From Mesotaenium endlicherianum (taxonomy: Eukaryota): DNA of 64,000 nucleotides. The DNA is taken from the NCBI GenBank assembly GCA_009602735.1, contig WELA01002297.1:924126-988125 (forward strand). Reading direction: 5' to 3'. Positions 9,907 through 24,329 of the stretch are shown here, one piece after another. Under the pieces are notes generated by a model. The model saw only the letters and a program-made list of their open reading frames with translations, made no database searches and was not told the origin of the DNA. The position numbers were made by a program, and so were the translations under genes. Positions within the stretch are counted from its first letter, which is position 1. Each line of letters starts with the position of its first letter.

Positions 9907-12818
9907 ATGGCCACCGCCATGTTTTCCGCTACTCTAACGAGCCCTGCTGCGCTGCAGGGTTCGCTGTTGTCTAAGTCCATCAAGTCTTGCGAGTTCAACT
10001 CTTGCTCTTTTCTACCAAAGAAGAACTTTGGCCTTAGAGCTAGCAGAAAATCTATCGTGATGTCTGCAGAGCCTATGGTGAAGGATAAGTCTAGATCTGG
10101 GGCTAAGGAAGTCGCAGAGGATACTCTTCTCACCCCCCGTTTTTACACGACTGACTTCGATGAGATGGAGCAGGTGAGCTATCCGTGGTTCACACCAGCT
10201 CAAGTGCCTCGAAGATTACTCACGGAGGGAATTGTGGTAGTCAGGGCTTGAAAATGGTCATTAGCCAGGATCATGATGTGCATTGTAGTGAATGGAGACA
10301 CCGACCGGGAGTTGTGGTACATGGCCTGGATAGGGCCGAAGTGGCTGCTAAAATTAGCCCTCTCACTGTGTGCCTTTTCTCTGCAGCTTTTCAACAAGGA
10401 GATTAACGGCAACTTGAACGAAGCAGAGTTTGCCTCTCTTCTTCAGGAGTTCAAGACTGACTATAACCAGAAGCATTTCGTTCGCACGCCTGAGTTTAAG
10501 GTTGCGGCTGACAAGATCCAGGGACCAGCTAGGGACATTTTTGTTGAGTTCCTGGAGCGCTCTTGCACAGCTGAGTTTTCTGGGTTCTTGCTCTACAAGG
10601 AGCTGGGAAGGCGTCTGAAGGTAGGCAATTTGCTAATGCTTCGAGATACATGGCTGTGGGCCGGCTCGTGTATGAAAGCCGGACTTTCAGGTGACTGAAT
10701 GTTGTCTCCCAGGGAGCGGCCAGTCACGTGACTAATCTGTTTAATACGATTAGTTTTCTGCACTCCCATCTCTGTGAACCTTTATTCGATGAGGGGGCCG
10801 TCTGGCATCAGAAGTGTAGCTGCTTATTGTCTTTCTGCTGGTGCCTCCTGCAGAAAACAAATCCCGTCGTTGCCGAGATTTTCACCTTGATGTCGCGTGA
10901 TGAGGCACGACATGCCGGGTAAGTTTTGAGCACTTTGCTGGAGCCTCTCCACTGGCAAACAGCGAGCGTTGTCTTTGATCACAATCTTCAACTCTAAGCT
11001 CAGTTCAGACATCCGTCTCTTCTCATCAACTTGACAAATGACCTGCAGTATTCATGTAATGTACTAGCAAAGTTGAAATTTATCAAACTGATTTGGCACT
11101 TCAGTTTCTGAGCATTTAGATGGCCTGGAATTATGGAAGTTCTGAATGAGTTGGTACTCTTGCTGATGCAGATTCTTGAACAAGGCCATGTCGGATTTTA
11201 ACTTGGCTCTTGATCTCGGTTTCCTCACAAAGGCAAGAAAGTACACCTTCTTCAAGCCGCAGTTCATTTTCTATGCTACATATCTCTCAGAAAAAATTGG
11301 ATACTGGAGATACATCACCATTTACCGCCATCTGCAGCAACATCCAGAGTATGAGGTGAGGTTTCATGTTGGCCACACTTTCTGAATTTTATGGAAGGGC
11401 GTGTTTTCGGGGATAGTATGCATGCCTGACAGGGTTTTGACTGGATAGTATTTGTCAGTTAGTCAGGAGGTTATGATGGCTGCTTTCAGTACTTTGTCAC
11501 CCAGGTACTGTAAGTGTCTGAGATGAGGATTTGTGTGCTAAGAAGGGTTTTGACAGATAGTCAAACATGCCTTGGATGATAGTGGATAATAATTTATCAG
11601 GATTCTCATTCTGGACGTCATGCTTGTGGAATCCTATTTGCTTTGAATCTCGCCCTGTCATCATGCTGTTATGGAGGCATAACAACAGTTGCATATGATT
11701 GCTCATGAAGAGATGCTTGTTTGGGTTCTTTGCTTTGGCAGCTATATCCTATCTTCAACAAATTCGAGAACTGGTGCCAGGATGAGAACCGTCACGGTGA
11801 CTTCTTCTCTGCTCTCTTGAAGGCGCAGCCTCAGTTCATTAACGACTGGAAGGCTAAGCTTTGGGCACGCTTTTTCTGCCTGTCGGTAAGCGCTGTCCAG
11901 GCTCTGCCAAGCATGTGTCACATGGTGTCCATGTATGTGGTATTGATGTTGAGCAGCCGAATCTGAGACTCCCCTTGGGGAAGTCCCTGAGTACATGTAA
12001 TCCATGATAACTGGCAGTCCTTGGCAAACAATGATCAGGATCTCATTGGTCACATCTTCTTAATGCCAATTCGAGTACTTGTTACTGCAGGTCTATGTTA
12101 CTATGTATCTGAACGACCAGCAGCGGTCATCTTTCTACGAGACCCTTGGATTGAACACCAGACAGTTTGACATGCACGTGATTATTGAGGTAAGGGTCCT
12201 TCACCCCATCAGCAGTGTTGAACTTCTATGTGCGTGCACATATCAAGTGTGTAAATTGATAATAGTGATTTGTAGGAGGCGTAGCTACAATTGCGTAACA
12301 ATTGCGCTGACCCCAAGCACGCGTTTTCACTTCTGTTAGGAGTGGCTTGCAGAGTTTGGTGAAAAGGGCATGAGAGTTGAAATGAGGGGACGCCTGGTAT
12401 AGTGTATTCTGTGTTGTACAATTGGTCAACCAACAAGATACCTCTTGGGTTAGGTCGTTTCTGCCCATGAGGGGTTTTCCAGGCTTGGTGAGGATGAATG
12501 GGGTAACTCAAAAGCTTCTGTCAGAATACTGATGGCTTGCATGTAATGCTGCAGACCAACAAGACCACCGCCAGAATCTTCCCAGCTGTTCTGGATGTTG
12601 AGAACCCTAACTTTCAGAAGAAGTTGGACAAATTGGTCGAGTACAACATTGAGCTTGTGAGGATCGGAAAGAGTGAGGCACCTGCTGCTTTGAAGAGCTT
12701 GCAGAGGATACCTCACATCGCAGGCATGGTTTCTGAGTTGTTGGCACTGTACATGATGACCCCAGTGGACTCTGGTTCCATGGACTTTGCTGAGTTTGAG
12801 CCCCAGGTTGTGTACTAA
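9907..12818 (+). CDS. CHL27: Magnesium-protoporphyrin IX monomethyl ester (oxidative) cyclase, chloroplastic; 7 exons (9907-10173, 10387-10620, 10854-10918, 11172-11355, 11742-11885, 12091-12189, 12555-12818)
   Basis: Transit-peptide-like N-terminus; diagnostic [76 protein letters not shown] junctions keep frame. Confidence 0.97.
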
Positions 12819-13651
12819 TTTTGACGTTGCACATCTGTGCATTAGTTGCCCCATGTACATTTTGTAGGCCACTAAATTTGTTTATATACGCCTGGAACCT
12901 AGCTTAAAGCCGCATGGCTCAGATGCTACAGGAACTTGAAATATGTGATTGAGATTTAGAGATGGAAGAACAGATCAATCAGCTCTCAAGCTGCCTTCTT
13001 AGTAATAAGCAATGTTCTACATTTAATCCCATATCTTGAGAAGTGTGGACATTCAAAATTTATCTCCTGTTTGAGCTTGGATATGAATCGAAGTGATATC
13101 TCAGTCGCAATGTCTTTGCTCTGCTTATTTTGTGCTTACTTAGATGGGCGAAGACTGGACTGGGGATCTATTTTGAGTGGGTCAGATACAAATTTTGATT
13201 TAAATGATTTGCATGCATAAATAACATCTGCCTGAATGCCGTGGAGAAGCTGTGCATCTGACTGTTATGAGTACAAGTGTTAGTAGCAGTGATGTCCTTG
13301 ACTTGAATCTCTCAAATTGTTGTTTAGTAGATTATGCATAGGTGATCTTTAATTGAACAAGACTGTCACATGAGATTGTGGAAACTGTACAAGCGACTAT
13401 GCGAGATATCTTGCTTGTAATTGGTGGCCATAACGACAACAAGGAACAAAACTTGCTTTCCCATAATACCTGGTACTCTTTCACATCTTTCCACATTATC
13501 TGCCAACTCATGCATGCAATCTTGCAGATTCAAAGATATTCCTATCTACGAAGGAATTGCAACACATGGACGTGCTTTTTTGATTCGCCACTGTACCAAT
13601 TTGACTATCAACCTCAAAAATTGACTGCATCTTCACACCAAGGGCTAGCGA

Positions 13652-15738
13652 TTAATTCATACTCCTGGAGGTGAAAGGGAGGTCCACCACAGCAGCGTTT
13701 CCATAAAACTCTTCCAGGTTGTAGAAGGACCGATCTTTCGGCATAAATAAGTGCACAACCACATCTCCTGCAAGTCCAGACATGGTGACATCCAAGCAAT
13801 AACACAAGCCACTCCTTGATTCAGCCTTAAACCATCATCATCTCATTCGCCAGGCATGCTAGTCACACCCTTGCCTTTGAAACACGGGTGAACAGCAGCA
13901 GAAGCTAAGGACGGCAACAGCAGATGAGAAGCGTAACAAGCCACCAGGTGAAAGAGGAACACCTCATGCTAAGAAAAGGCAAGCCCCTCACCGAAATCGA
14001 CAAGGGTCCAGCCTGACGAGTTCTGGCGGTCGCCGCCGCTCTGCTTTCGGTGAAACTTCTCCGCAACAATGTCCCGCATCCTCTTCCTGCACCAGAGACC
14101 CACCACACGCAAACAGCCGTCCAAATCGTTGACAGCCATGAACTGGAGGCTTCAGCTTCCACCCATACCTGCCTAGCCCAACTCTGGCAACATTTTGCAC
14201 ACCTTCTTTGACAGACAGTTATTGCACGCAACAAACTCTGGCACGAACTATGCATATTAGCAAGACTTGTCGTCAACCCCACCCTTGCAGGTAGACGCTC
14301 TCCCACACAGGAACGAGCCAGCAGCAGCATGACGGAAACCCCCAGCCTCTACTTGCCGCACAATCCCATCTCTCACCGGACAGACAACACAACAGACCTA
14401 ACGAGGCAGGGCGGGCGGGAGCCAGCGATGGTTGGCGAGTGAGTGACTGTGAGAGGGAGAGACCAATGGAGGGAGGGAGAGAGAGGAAGGGAGGGAGGAG
14501 GTGTAGAAGGAGGGAGGGGGGGAGCAGTTCCATACGCAATGGCGTCTGCCTGCGGTTTGGAGAAGGCGGTGACGATGACAAAGTAGCGCGTCCAGTACAC
14601 CAGGGGCTTCACGTTGAGCACCAGAATCTCCCCGCCCTTCCCGTCGTTGGCAGCCTCTGCTATGGCCATGGCCACTGGGCAGGGCACACAATCGGACGGA
14701 TCGGCAGAGCCACACAGGCGCATACCTATGAGGCGAGTTTTAGTCAGGCACACTTACGCGGGCCCCTGTTCCCCCACAAAAGTCTGCTGCGACAAGAGAG
14801 CATGCGAGGGCGAAAGGGTTGTGGGCGCATTTGGCAGCACCCAAGCGCGTGTGCAGATCACACAACAGTACACCCCGTCCAGGGTAAGGATGCCCAAGCC
14901 CTTCCAAGTAAAACCCCAACAGCCTGCCACTCAGGCCCCTGCATGAGGGCTGCACGAGGCGCTCCTTGCGACAGACATGGCCTGTATGACATATGCCATA
15001 TCCTGCTAGCCTGCTGCGCTGCAGCCCGGACACGTGCTGTGCAAGGAGGTGCTTTGGGGTGACAGCGCCTGCCAATAACACCACAATGAACTCTGCCCGC
15101 CTTTCACAGCCTCATCTCTCCGGACAAAGCACACTACCAGAATCCCCTGTCAGCAACTAGCCACACACAAAGGTGCACTGGCGCAGGCTCCGCCACGTTG
15201 GAGGGCTAAAATGCCGTGCCCAGGAGAGGAGAGGCGTCGGCCCCCCGGGAGGAGAGAGGAGGCAGGGGAAGGCAGGGAAAGAAGAAGAAGGGAGCTTACG
15301 GCTCAGGCTCTCTGCCTCGTCTGCAGCCTCTTGCGCCTCCCTCGTGACAGTCGGGTCTGACAGCAGAGTCTCCCCGTACTTCTCAAACAGGTCGTCTAGC
15401 TCGCCCTCGTCCCACTCCTCTTCCTGCTTTGCAGCAAGCACGCCCCCCCCATGCCAGTGCCCCCCTAACGCGCTGCTTAGGTGGATGAATGACATCAAGG
15501 AGCCTCAGGTCATTTGTCACACGCAGCTTTCGCGCTCAGGCAGCACCCCGAGAGACAGTCAAACTCTTGAGACCCAGGCTTGATCGCATTCTCTATCTGC
15601 TTGCAGCCTGTCAAGTCCATTTGTCACCACAACCCACCTCCATAAAGAGCCCCAGCAAGCCTCTTTTTGGCTGACGGACTAGAGAGGTTATCATCCTCAC
15701 TTTGCAGAACATGGATTGCAAAGCTCCATCTTTGTGAG

Positions 15739-15823
<85 letters not shown>

Positions 15824-16358
15824 NNNNNNNNNNNNNNNNNNNNNNNNNNNNNNNNNNNNNNNNNNNNNNNNNNNNNNNNNNNNNNNNNNNNNNNNNNNNN
15901 NNNNNNNNNNNNNNNNNNNNNNNNNNNNNNNNNNNNNNNNNNNNNNNNNNNNNNNNNNNNNNNNNNNNNNNNNNNNNNNNNNNNNNNNNNNNNNNNNNNN
16001 NNNNNNNNNNNNNNNNNNNNNNNNNNNNNNNNNNNNNNNNNNNNNNNNNNNNNNNNNNNNNNNNNNNNNNNNNNNNNNNNNNNNNNNNNNNNNNNNNNNN
16101 NNNNNNNNNNNNNNNNNNNNNNNNNNNNNNNNNNNNNNNNNNNNNNNNNNNNNNNNNNNNNNNNNNNNNNNNNNNNNNNNNNNNNNNNNNNNNNNNNNNN
16201 NNNNNNNNNNNNNNNNNNNNNNNNNNNNNNNNNNNNNNNNNNNNNNNNNNNNNNNNNNNNNNNNNNNNNNNNNNNNNNNNNNNNNNNNNNNNNNNNNNNN
16301 NNNNNNNNNNNNNNNNNNNNNNNNNNNNNNNNNNNNNNNNNNNNNNNNNNNNNNNNNN

Positions 16359-16416
<58 letters not shown>

Positions 16417-17424
16417 CAAGGTGGGCTAGCCCTCACAGGCAATACAAGGGTTTGAAGCATAAAAGCAGCAGACATGATGATACACACTCTACACACACCA
16501 AGTTCTTCCAACAAGCCACCAAGCCCTGCCACCAACTGAGAGAAGCTCTGGTTGAGACACCAGGCCCCTTGCCCGGTCAAGCTTTACACCAGTGGGCATG
16601 TCTCAACTCAGCAGCAGCCTCTGCCCAGAACGTGCAGCTGCAAGGCACCCCTCTATTCCGGAGGCTCATAAAAGCTGAGGGTGTGTATGCTTAGAGTTTG
16701 TGTGTCTCTCAAGCTGCAGCCCTCATGTTCATTGGCCAACTGCATGTCCAGTTTTGTCACACCGTACATCAGTATAAGAAGTGCCCTGTCAGCCCTTTTA
16801 TGGGCTTCATGAATTGCATGCCCACGAGCCTACAGACCATAAAGACAATCAAACGCATGATAGTAGAGCTTTAAGAGCACTAGCAGCTAGTGTGCAGGAT
16901 TCTTCAACCATGCATCCAACGTGTAGTTGAAGTCAAACGCACAGGAAACTAATAAGCCTTCCACACTTGTGAAAAATTAGGTGCCGCCACTTTCCACAAC
17001 TGAAAATCATAGTCGAAGGCAGCAAGAAGGCAGCGCCTTTCAGAGAGTGAGGCCAAGAGAAAGAAAGACCTGGAATGTATCTTACCACCCATTCACTGTC
17101 ATCCCCATCCTCCTCCAGGGACTCCTCATTCTTCTGCTGTTGTTGACTGTGCTCACTATTTCCAACGGCTCGCATACACCAACTTCTGGACCTGCTCCCT
17201 CCAAGTGCTGACCCCGATTGCTGTGCTCTTCTGAGGGCCATGCGCTGTATAACATTTCTGTTACTTGTACATGATATGGAAGGGAAGTTGCCATTGCATG
17301 CACTTCTTGAAGTGAGACTCACATTCTTATGCAGAATGTTTCGTCTTGAGCTGCCTAAGGATGAGGGACATACAAAAGCACTACTTATCCTGACGCTGCA
17401 ATTGACAGCAGCGAGGTAGCCCAT
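13652..17424 (-). CDS. Iojap / ribosome silencing factor RsfS family protein, chloroplastic (multi-exon)
   Basis: Spliced reading gives ...SLAMAIAEAANDGKGGEILVLNVKPLVYWTRYFVIVTAFSKPQADAIAKRMRDIVAEKFHRK...[32 protein letters not shown]..., the RsfS/Iojap signature. Ser/Arg-rich transit-like first exon from ATG 17424. Confidence 0.92.
15740..16413. repeat. (CA)n-(AG)n compound microsatellite spanning an assembly gap (N 15824-16358), in an Iojap intron
   Basis: Directly visible in sequence. Confidence 0.98.
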
Positions 17425-18456
17425 TATTTGAACTCCGGATGAGAAGGTCGCTATACCCGTGGCAAAAGGGGCTACTTATAGTCACCACTTTAAGCGCGAA
17501 GTCACTTGCTCCTTAACCAGCATGCAGCGCGCACCTGCAATTATCGCATGCAACTTCCAACTTGGAGGTCCAGACAGTGTTCAGCCTATAACCGAGTCAG
17601 ACATCAATGCAAGAGTTGCATACCCCTCCACAACCGGGGTGCGTCTGAAAAGCGCACTCGCGATGAATATTAAATACGGAAAAGACTGCCCACCATGAAT
17701 TCTAAGTTGATTTCTAGCAAGAGCCTGGAACTCTTACAAGTGATAGCCGTGCTGAGCGAGTGTTAGCTGGTGTCTACCCATCGCTTAATTTGGTTGTCGA
17801 CAAGTCGAGGACCTCGAAGGACCTCAAAACGTTTGGCAAGTTTCGCTTACCTGTAGGCCAGGGTTTCTATGTTACGGCTTGTACGGAAGAGTCCTGCCGT
17901 GATTCTTTGTAACACTTGGGAAACCAAGTGTTGCACGACAAGCGCGCCATGCGCCGTCGACATCTGCGACCAATCGATTCGAAGATGCACAAAATTTGTC
18001 AATTTGAATGTATCGTTTATATGTCCGCACGTATGATCCCCTCCTGGTCGCACATATTTCCTCATTTAAAGCGAAGGAGGCCCAAACCCCTTTGTCACCA
18101 CCCCAATTTTCCTCTCCTTGAAATGTGTAATTAATCTCGGAAACTTTCACCAGTCTGAGCTGATTGGAGAGCAAAGATTGCCGCGCAAACGGCATGCACC
18201 AGTTTTTCAAACCAAAGAAACGACTTGGCCGTCGATTGCATTATGTCGGCTAGTCAAATTTCATGTGAGGCGCAAGATCCCGACGGTGTCGTCCGCCAAA
18301 TTTTAGCCAACATAAAATATGTTGACAATAATATTGGCATCGAAGAGGAATATCGCACTATGCAGGCTCCATGGCGGAAAAAGTAAAGGCCTTAACATAT
18401 CGACTGTTGATGCAACATTAGGTAACGTTGTACTCGAGATAATTTGTGAAGCAGTA

Positions 18457-21400
18457 ATGGAGAGCGGTCAAGGTAATCCCGAATTACAGATAGTAGGAAC
18501 ATCACAGTCAGACACGCCCTCGCCCAATCTAAATATTACAACATTTTCTACTTCACCTGGAGATATTGCAGTCGATACTTCGGGTTTCACCGTCCAAACG
18601 GTGCATGATGCTTCTCCTAATGCCGTATTACAAAGCCAGTCTCTGGGGCAAGGACTTGGCTTTGACAATCATGTCGCAAGCCTCGTGCCAAACCAGCACA
18701 TTCATGGACTCGTCGGAAGACAGCAGTACCCTGCTCCATTGGCCGAGCATGATGACCTGGTGGCAAACAAAGGCCTTTTTCTGGACTGCTTGTCAAATTT
18801 TCACAAGCAGATGGGTTCCTCTTTCAGGTCTGTGTTTTGAGAAGTTCTATGGCTGCAAATTAAGAATTTGTTTGCACTGAGATAAGTAGCAGCATTGGTG
18901 GACAGACGGTCCATGAGTGGCTGCTTATAGAAGTGGCTTGTGAGCCAGATGCATTTCTGGACGTATGTGTGACTGTCCGGGCCCTTCTAATCCCTAGACG
19001 TACTTGCATCCATGCTGCACAAGGCCGTTAGTGTGTTTGAAGAGCAATATATTGACAAAGGTAATATTGTGTAACAGGATACCTCAAATGGGAGGGAAGG
19101 AGCTTGATTTACATCTGCTGTACCGGGAGGTGACAACTCGGTCTGGTTTAGCACAGGTGCACACCTACATACTTTGCCATTGTTGGTAGTGCGAGCAGTC
19201 GTGCTTTGAATTGACAACTGCTCTGGCCGGGCATAAGACGTGCCACACATGTTGCCCCTTCTTTTTTATGACGGGGGGGGAGTGGGTGTCGAGGAGAGGA
19301 GCTGAATGGCTTAACTTGAAGTTTTTTTACCAGCTTAGGGCTTCGTTAGCACTACTCAAAGTTAGCAGCTGGTTGTCTTTGGTGCTCTATTGAAATGAAA
19401 TTATTCACACCTCTGTCTGGCAGGTCATCAAGGATCGAAGGTGGAAGGAAATAACTTTACCCTTCAACTTTCCACCAACCATGACGAGTTCATCTTTTGT
19501 TCTCCGCAAGTATTACACCAATCTGTTACATCACTTTGAGCAAGTTCACTATTTTCGTAATAGAGGTGCCCTTGTACCCCCGCCCTGTAAGTACTGCTTG
19601 CCAGAACTTTGTGTGCATTGTGCATGCAGCCACTTTTCCCTTTTTGGTGTCCTATAACTTTGCTCCATATAGTCGGAATTAGGGGTACTTCCTTTCAACC
19701 TGCTCCCCAGTCTGTCAGTGTTGTATGCTTCCATCGTGCCAAGACTGCAGCAGGTTTCTCTGCTTTCTGTCCGTGTGCAAGTTGCAAGTCACGTGTATTG
19801 TTGTTTTCTCTCTGCCTTTGACTGCTATACTCAAAACACGCCAATTATAACATTTTTGCTTGTTCTTTCCTGTGCCCTGGCAGCTCCTCTGCCTGGTCCT
19901 AGTGTCATGATGGGAAGAATGGGTCCGGGTGCCAGCCCATTGGGTCAGCCCGGGCTTGGAGTCGATGAGCCATTGCGTAGACGGCGGAAGCGCAGGGCCA
20001 TGGAGATGGGATGTAAGCTATTAGCCCCCAGTCTCCTCTCGTCACGACTATGTCATGATTCGGCTGTGGCCTTTGACTTAATACTGTGCCGCTGGTAAGT
20101 TATCTTACTGGTTCTTCTTTTCATCCATGCATATTTCCTGTCTGTTTTGTGCAGCTGATCCAAGCATTCACATTGGCCAGGCGGTGACTGGTTCGATTCA
20201 TTCCAGATTCGAGTTCGGGTATTTCATATCAGTCACGGTCGGCAATGAGAAGCTAAAAGGCATTTTATATGCCCCGACAAATGGCCGTCCAAGTTCGTTT
20301 AGTGGGCCTCCTGGTCCCATGTTAACAGAGCAGGGAGTGCCAGTGAAGCAAAGAAGGCGCAGACGGAGGAAAGATGAAATGCCAATCAAGGATCCTAATG
20401 TGCCAAAGTCTAACAGGAGCGCATACAATTACTTCTTCCAAGAGTGGCGATATAAGCTCAAAGAGTCGCATCCTGAAGTGCCTGACAGGGACATCAGCAA
20501 GATGATTGGCGAGAGGTGGAATGCGTTGAGTGAAGAGGGAAGGGGGGTGAGTGGTCTTAGCTCATTGTTTGGAAATATAGTTGGTTGAACCAGCTTGCTG
20601 CATTTCTGTGTGCTTGAAAGCTTGTGACTGACCTAATGCTTGGAGCTCCTGCTGTATTTGTCGACAAAAAGCTGATGTCCTTCTGTCTTCCTCTGTCGCG
20701 CAAGTGTTGACGGGATGGATCCTGCATTGCTTCTTTGTGACATTTTTACTGCACAGTCGTGAGCATAGACTGGCATACCCAGTGACAGGAATCCGCGCTC
20801 CCCTGCTCTTTGTTGCAGCCTTATCAGATCAAGGCCAGTGACGACAAGGTGCGCTATGATAGGGAGATGGGGAGTTATAATGCAAACAAGCTATCCGGCT
20901 ACGGTGTTATGTCACATCATGCTGGTCCCTCACAGCCTTATGTGCCTGCTCAGGTACTCCTTTCCCAGGTTTTCTGCACGTCTGTCGTATGCTCATTGGA
21001 GGAGGGTGGGAGGTCGTCTACCTCTGCAGTCCTTGAGGTGGTGCTGTTCTTGAAAAACAAAATACGGACAGATCTTTCTAAATACGTGCAAAAAAAGCAG
21101 CAGGTCTCACTTGAACATGTTGGCAGCTGGGTCTTGGCTACTCGCATGTTTAAAGCGCTTATTGACGGGCTGGCCACAAAGAAATTCAGGAAGTTCCATT
21201 CAGGTGAAGGGTTTATATTTTGCGCAGGCTTTGTTACCTAACGAGGGAGCCGAGGCTGAGCCCGAGCTTGATGCAGAGGCGGAGCCAGAGCCGGAGGCGG
21301 AGCCTGAGGCAATGGACACAGAAGGTCCAGAGGTGGGAGATGAGGATCCAGCATCAAGACAGGAGCATGAGCAAACAGGGACGGAGGAAGCGTTGCATCC

Positions 21401-21488
21401 GGCGCAAGGGGGCGGTCTGGGTCCCGATGTTTCGCAGTTAGTTGCAGAGGTTAATGGGCATCATCAGGGAGGAGAGTTTGATGGATAG
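18457..21488 (+). CDS. ARID-HMG box DNA-binding protein (HMGB9/10/11/15-like), multi-exon
   Basis: ARID: IPQMGGKELDLHLLYREVTTRSGLAQ/VIKDRRWKEI...SSSFVLRKYY. HMG box: DPNVPKSNRSAYNYFFQE...ISKMIGERWNALSEE...PYQIKASDDKVRYDREM. Acidic C-terminal tail. Confidence 0.92.
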
Positions 21489-24097
21489 TAATGGTCTTGA
21501 AATATACATTTCCTGATTTCTGCCTGTTCTCCATGCATGGGTGGCTTGTGCTTGAGAGTACTCCGCGATGTCAAGGGATGTGCTCCCGCGATTGCATAGG
21601 TCTCAGATTCTTGTACAGTTGTAGAGGCACTTGGTGCTTATGTAGACAGGACGACTAATCTTGCAACTGTGACCCGGTTCCATTAGCTTATGTGGTGGCC
21701 GGTTGCAGTGCAACACTTCTTGAGTTGTTTTCATTGGTGCCTTTCTTGTGTAAGCATTCTATTTTGTTGTATAAAATTTTGTGTCTCAGTTTATGATGGA
21801 GGAGTTTCAGAGTGCAAGTACGGTGCTTAAAAGGTCGTAATTCCATGTGTTCTGTCGTGTTAAGAGCTTAAAAATAATTTTCTACTTCTATTCCTTGTTA
21901 GGGCAGATCATGGTATCACATCATATCCACCTCTTCCATTGGCGTGCAAATGTTAATTCAGGCTCCGCGTTGAAGGAGGCCACTTATGGTTGCAAAAGAA
22001 CGTGATGTACCCCTCTTCAACACCCACTCAATATTTCTTTGCTGAGCCAAAATAATAATTTTTGGAGTATCCTGAGTTTAATGCTGATGTAGTTTTCAGT
22101 CAGGCACATTCAAGTGCCTCCCTCGTTGTCTCACGAATGTGTATGAGTTGAATGTACTTGTTGTAATGGCCAACATGCTAGTGAATTCTGCAATGTCATG
22201 TCCACTATAGCTTTCCTTGAAGCTTTCTCTTTAAACCTGGTTGTCTAATGCAATTGTAGTTAGCAGGATGATTAATGACGTGAGTTCTACCCATACATCA
22301 AGCACATGATGAACTTTGCACAAATTTTAATCAGTCCTGTCATAACAACTCATAGATTCAAGAGGCCAGCAGCAAATACTTGCTAGCACCGCAAACCTTT
22401 TGAACTCGCCTGCTAAGGATCCCTGCTGCTGCCAAAGTAGCATGCTGAAGAGAAAAAAGCTGACTCCAGGACTCGAGCTCGCTGCCCAGTTAATCAAGAC
22501 AAGATTTGTACAGGTGGCCACAGTAGCTGTGCACATCCTGAATGCATCAGTAGTAGCAAAGGATTTGTGCTCGATGGTACAGCGCTAGTCACATTTTGGA
22601 AAGCCCGAACCTTCTCGTTGCCGGTGTCCGGTCAATAAGCTCGGGGCCACCAAGAATACATGGCAAACATCATGGAGGGCGGTGGCAACATAAATCTAGG
22701 CTGGGGGATTTAAGTGAAGCGTCAAAGGCATGACATGGGTGGTGGTCATTTGCCCAAGGGCAAGAAAGTGCTGATGCAAATCTCCATAATATTCTTATGC
22801 CTACAAGGATGCCCACATAACATCAATGGTGAAGCATTGGGATGCTGTTTCTGTTGTCACACAGACCAGAGCAATATACCGCCATCTCATCAGGTTGGCT
22901 GGCCCATTCAGAAGGAGGCCATCAAATGTGGCGCACAAGGAGAGGCTTCTTGAGAGGATACTAGAACATATGTGAAAGCATGAATGGGCTGAGCAAGAGC
23001 CAAAAAGTTCAGACTAGCAAGTCAAAGAAAGGACAGACTGGGCGCACAATAAATAGCATCATTACTTTTAGGCGGCTTCAGTATGTATACATTAAAGGGA
23101 GGACAAGACATTCACACCTCCCACAAGCCGCATCCCGCCTCTTTACATCTCTGAAATATTGAGACCCAATAACAGGGGAGGCATCTCTACTGCATTTCAG
23201 AATGTGACAATTTTCGCCTGGTTCACAAGCAGATTGAAGCCAACAGTCATCGTGCCCAGGCCAGCGAGCAAGAGAGAACGAGGGCCAGCTCAAAGGCCGG
23301 GCAAGTGGGCAACGATCTTGCGAAGAAGAATTCAAAGATCCAAACGGAACTCTCACAAAACAAGGAGGGCACAGCTGAGAGTCCCTTACGGACCGCTGGC
23401 GGAGGAAGCAAGCACATTGGCCGAAGCTGCTAAGACATAACAGACCTGTCTGAGGCAGGCAGAAACCATATGCCCAGTGAATCTTATTTATTCCGATCGC
23501 GCCATGTGGGGCCCAGTGAGCGCTGCATGTCCCTCTCTGCACACTCTTTGCACATGAGTAAGGGAGCCAGGTACTATCAGCTATGTCCCCCTTTCCTCTC
23601 TGTTAGACCAGGTTCAGAACTTTCTTGCTGCCAATAAGAGATACCTGCCACTTTTTTTCAAAGCTTCACGGAGGGTGCCCCCCTCAGACAGAGCAACACA
23701 AGGCAAAGTCGTTGACTTGGAAGTCGATCAGCCGGGGATTTTATCAGCTCACGGGGCAGGAAGCCCTTGCAGGAGTGGCGTGGTGAACTGTGTCTTGCCT
23801 TTAGGCAGCGCCACCCTGGCTTACATAGGAGCCAGCGAAGTACTAACTGCCAATCAGCGCGGGAGCATGGCCATGCCACATTGCCACCTCGTACAGCACT
23901 ACCGGCCCACCAGACACTTCCCTGCAGCTAGCTACCTTGGGCTAGCATTGCTATGATCCACGGCTGCCCTCGACCTCCTCCCCACGAGGGCACGGTGTGC
24001 GTGCATGTGTGCGTGCGCATGTGTGTGCGTGTGTGAGTATGTGTGTCTCTTTTGGTATGTGTCGACCTTTCGTAAGCTTAGAAGGAGACTGATGCAC

Positions 24098-24230
24098 GAC
24101 GAAGTGTGGCAGGACGAAGTGTGGCAGGACGAAGTGCAGCCACCAAGACTTCCAGGTGGTCCCTTCCTTTCCCTCCTCCAACTCCTCCTCGTCCAGCTGC
24201 TGTAGCTGCTGCTGCTGCTGCTGCTGCTGC
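24098..24230. repeat. 15-bp tandem repeat (gacgaagtgtggcag, ~2.5 copies) and a (CTG)n tract downstream of the pyrophosphatase stop
   Basis: Directly visible. Confidence 0.8.
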
Positions 24231-24329
24231 CGCGCCTGCGCAGTCTGGGCGTGCATGCGTGGCCTGACCCGTGTCAACAGAAGAACAAATCGCCCTCTAA
24301 CGCGAGCAAGTGGGCAGGGAGTGGGCCCC

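Noticed and set aside
15624..16580. Long ORFs of SL/ER/X repeats
   Set aside because: Artefacts of the microsatellite and N gap
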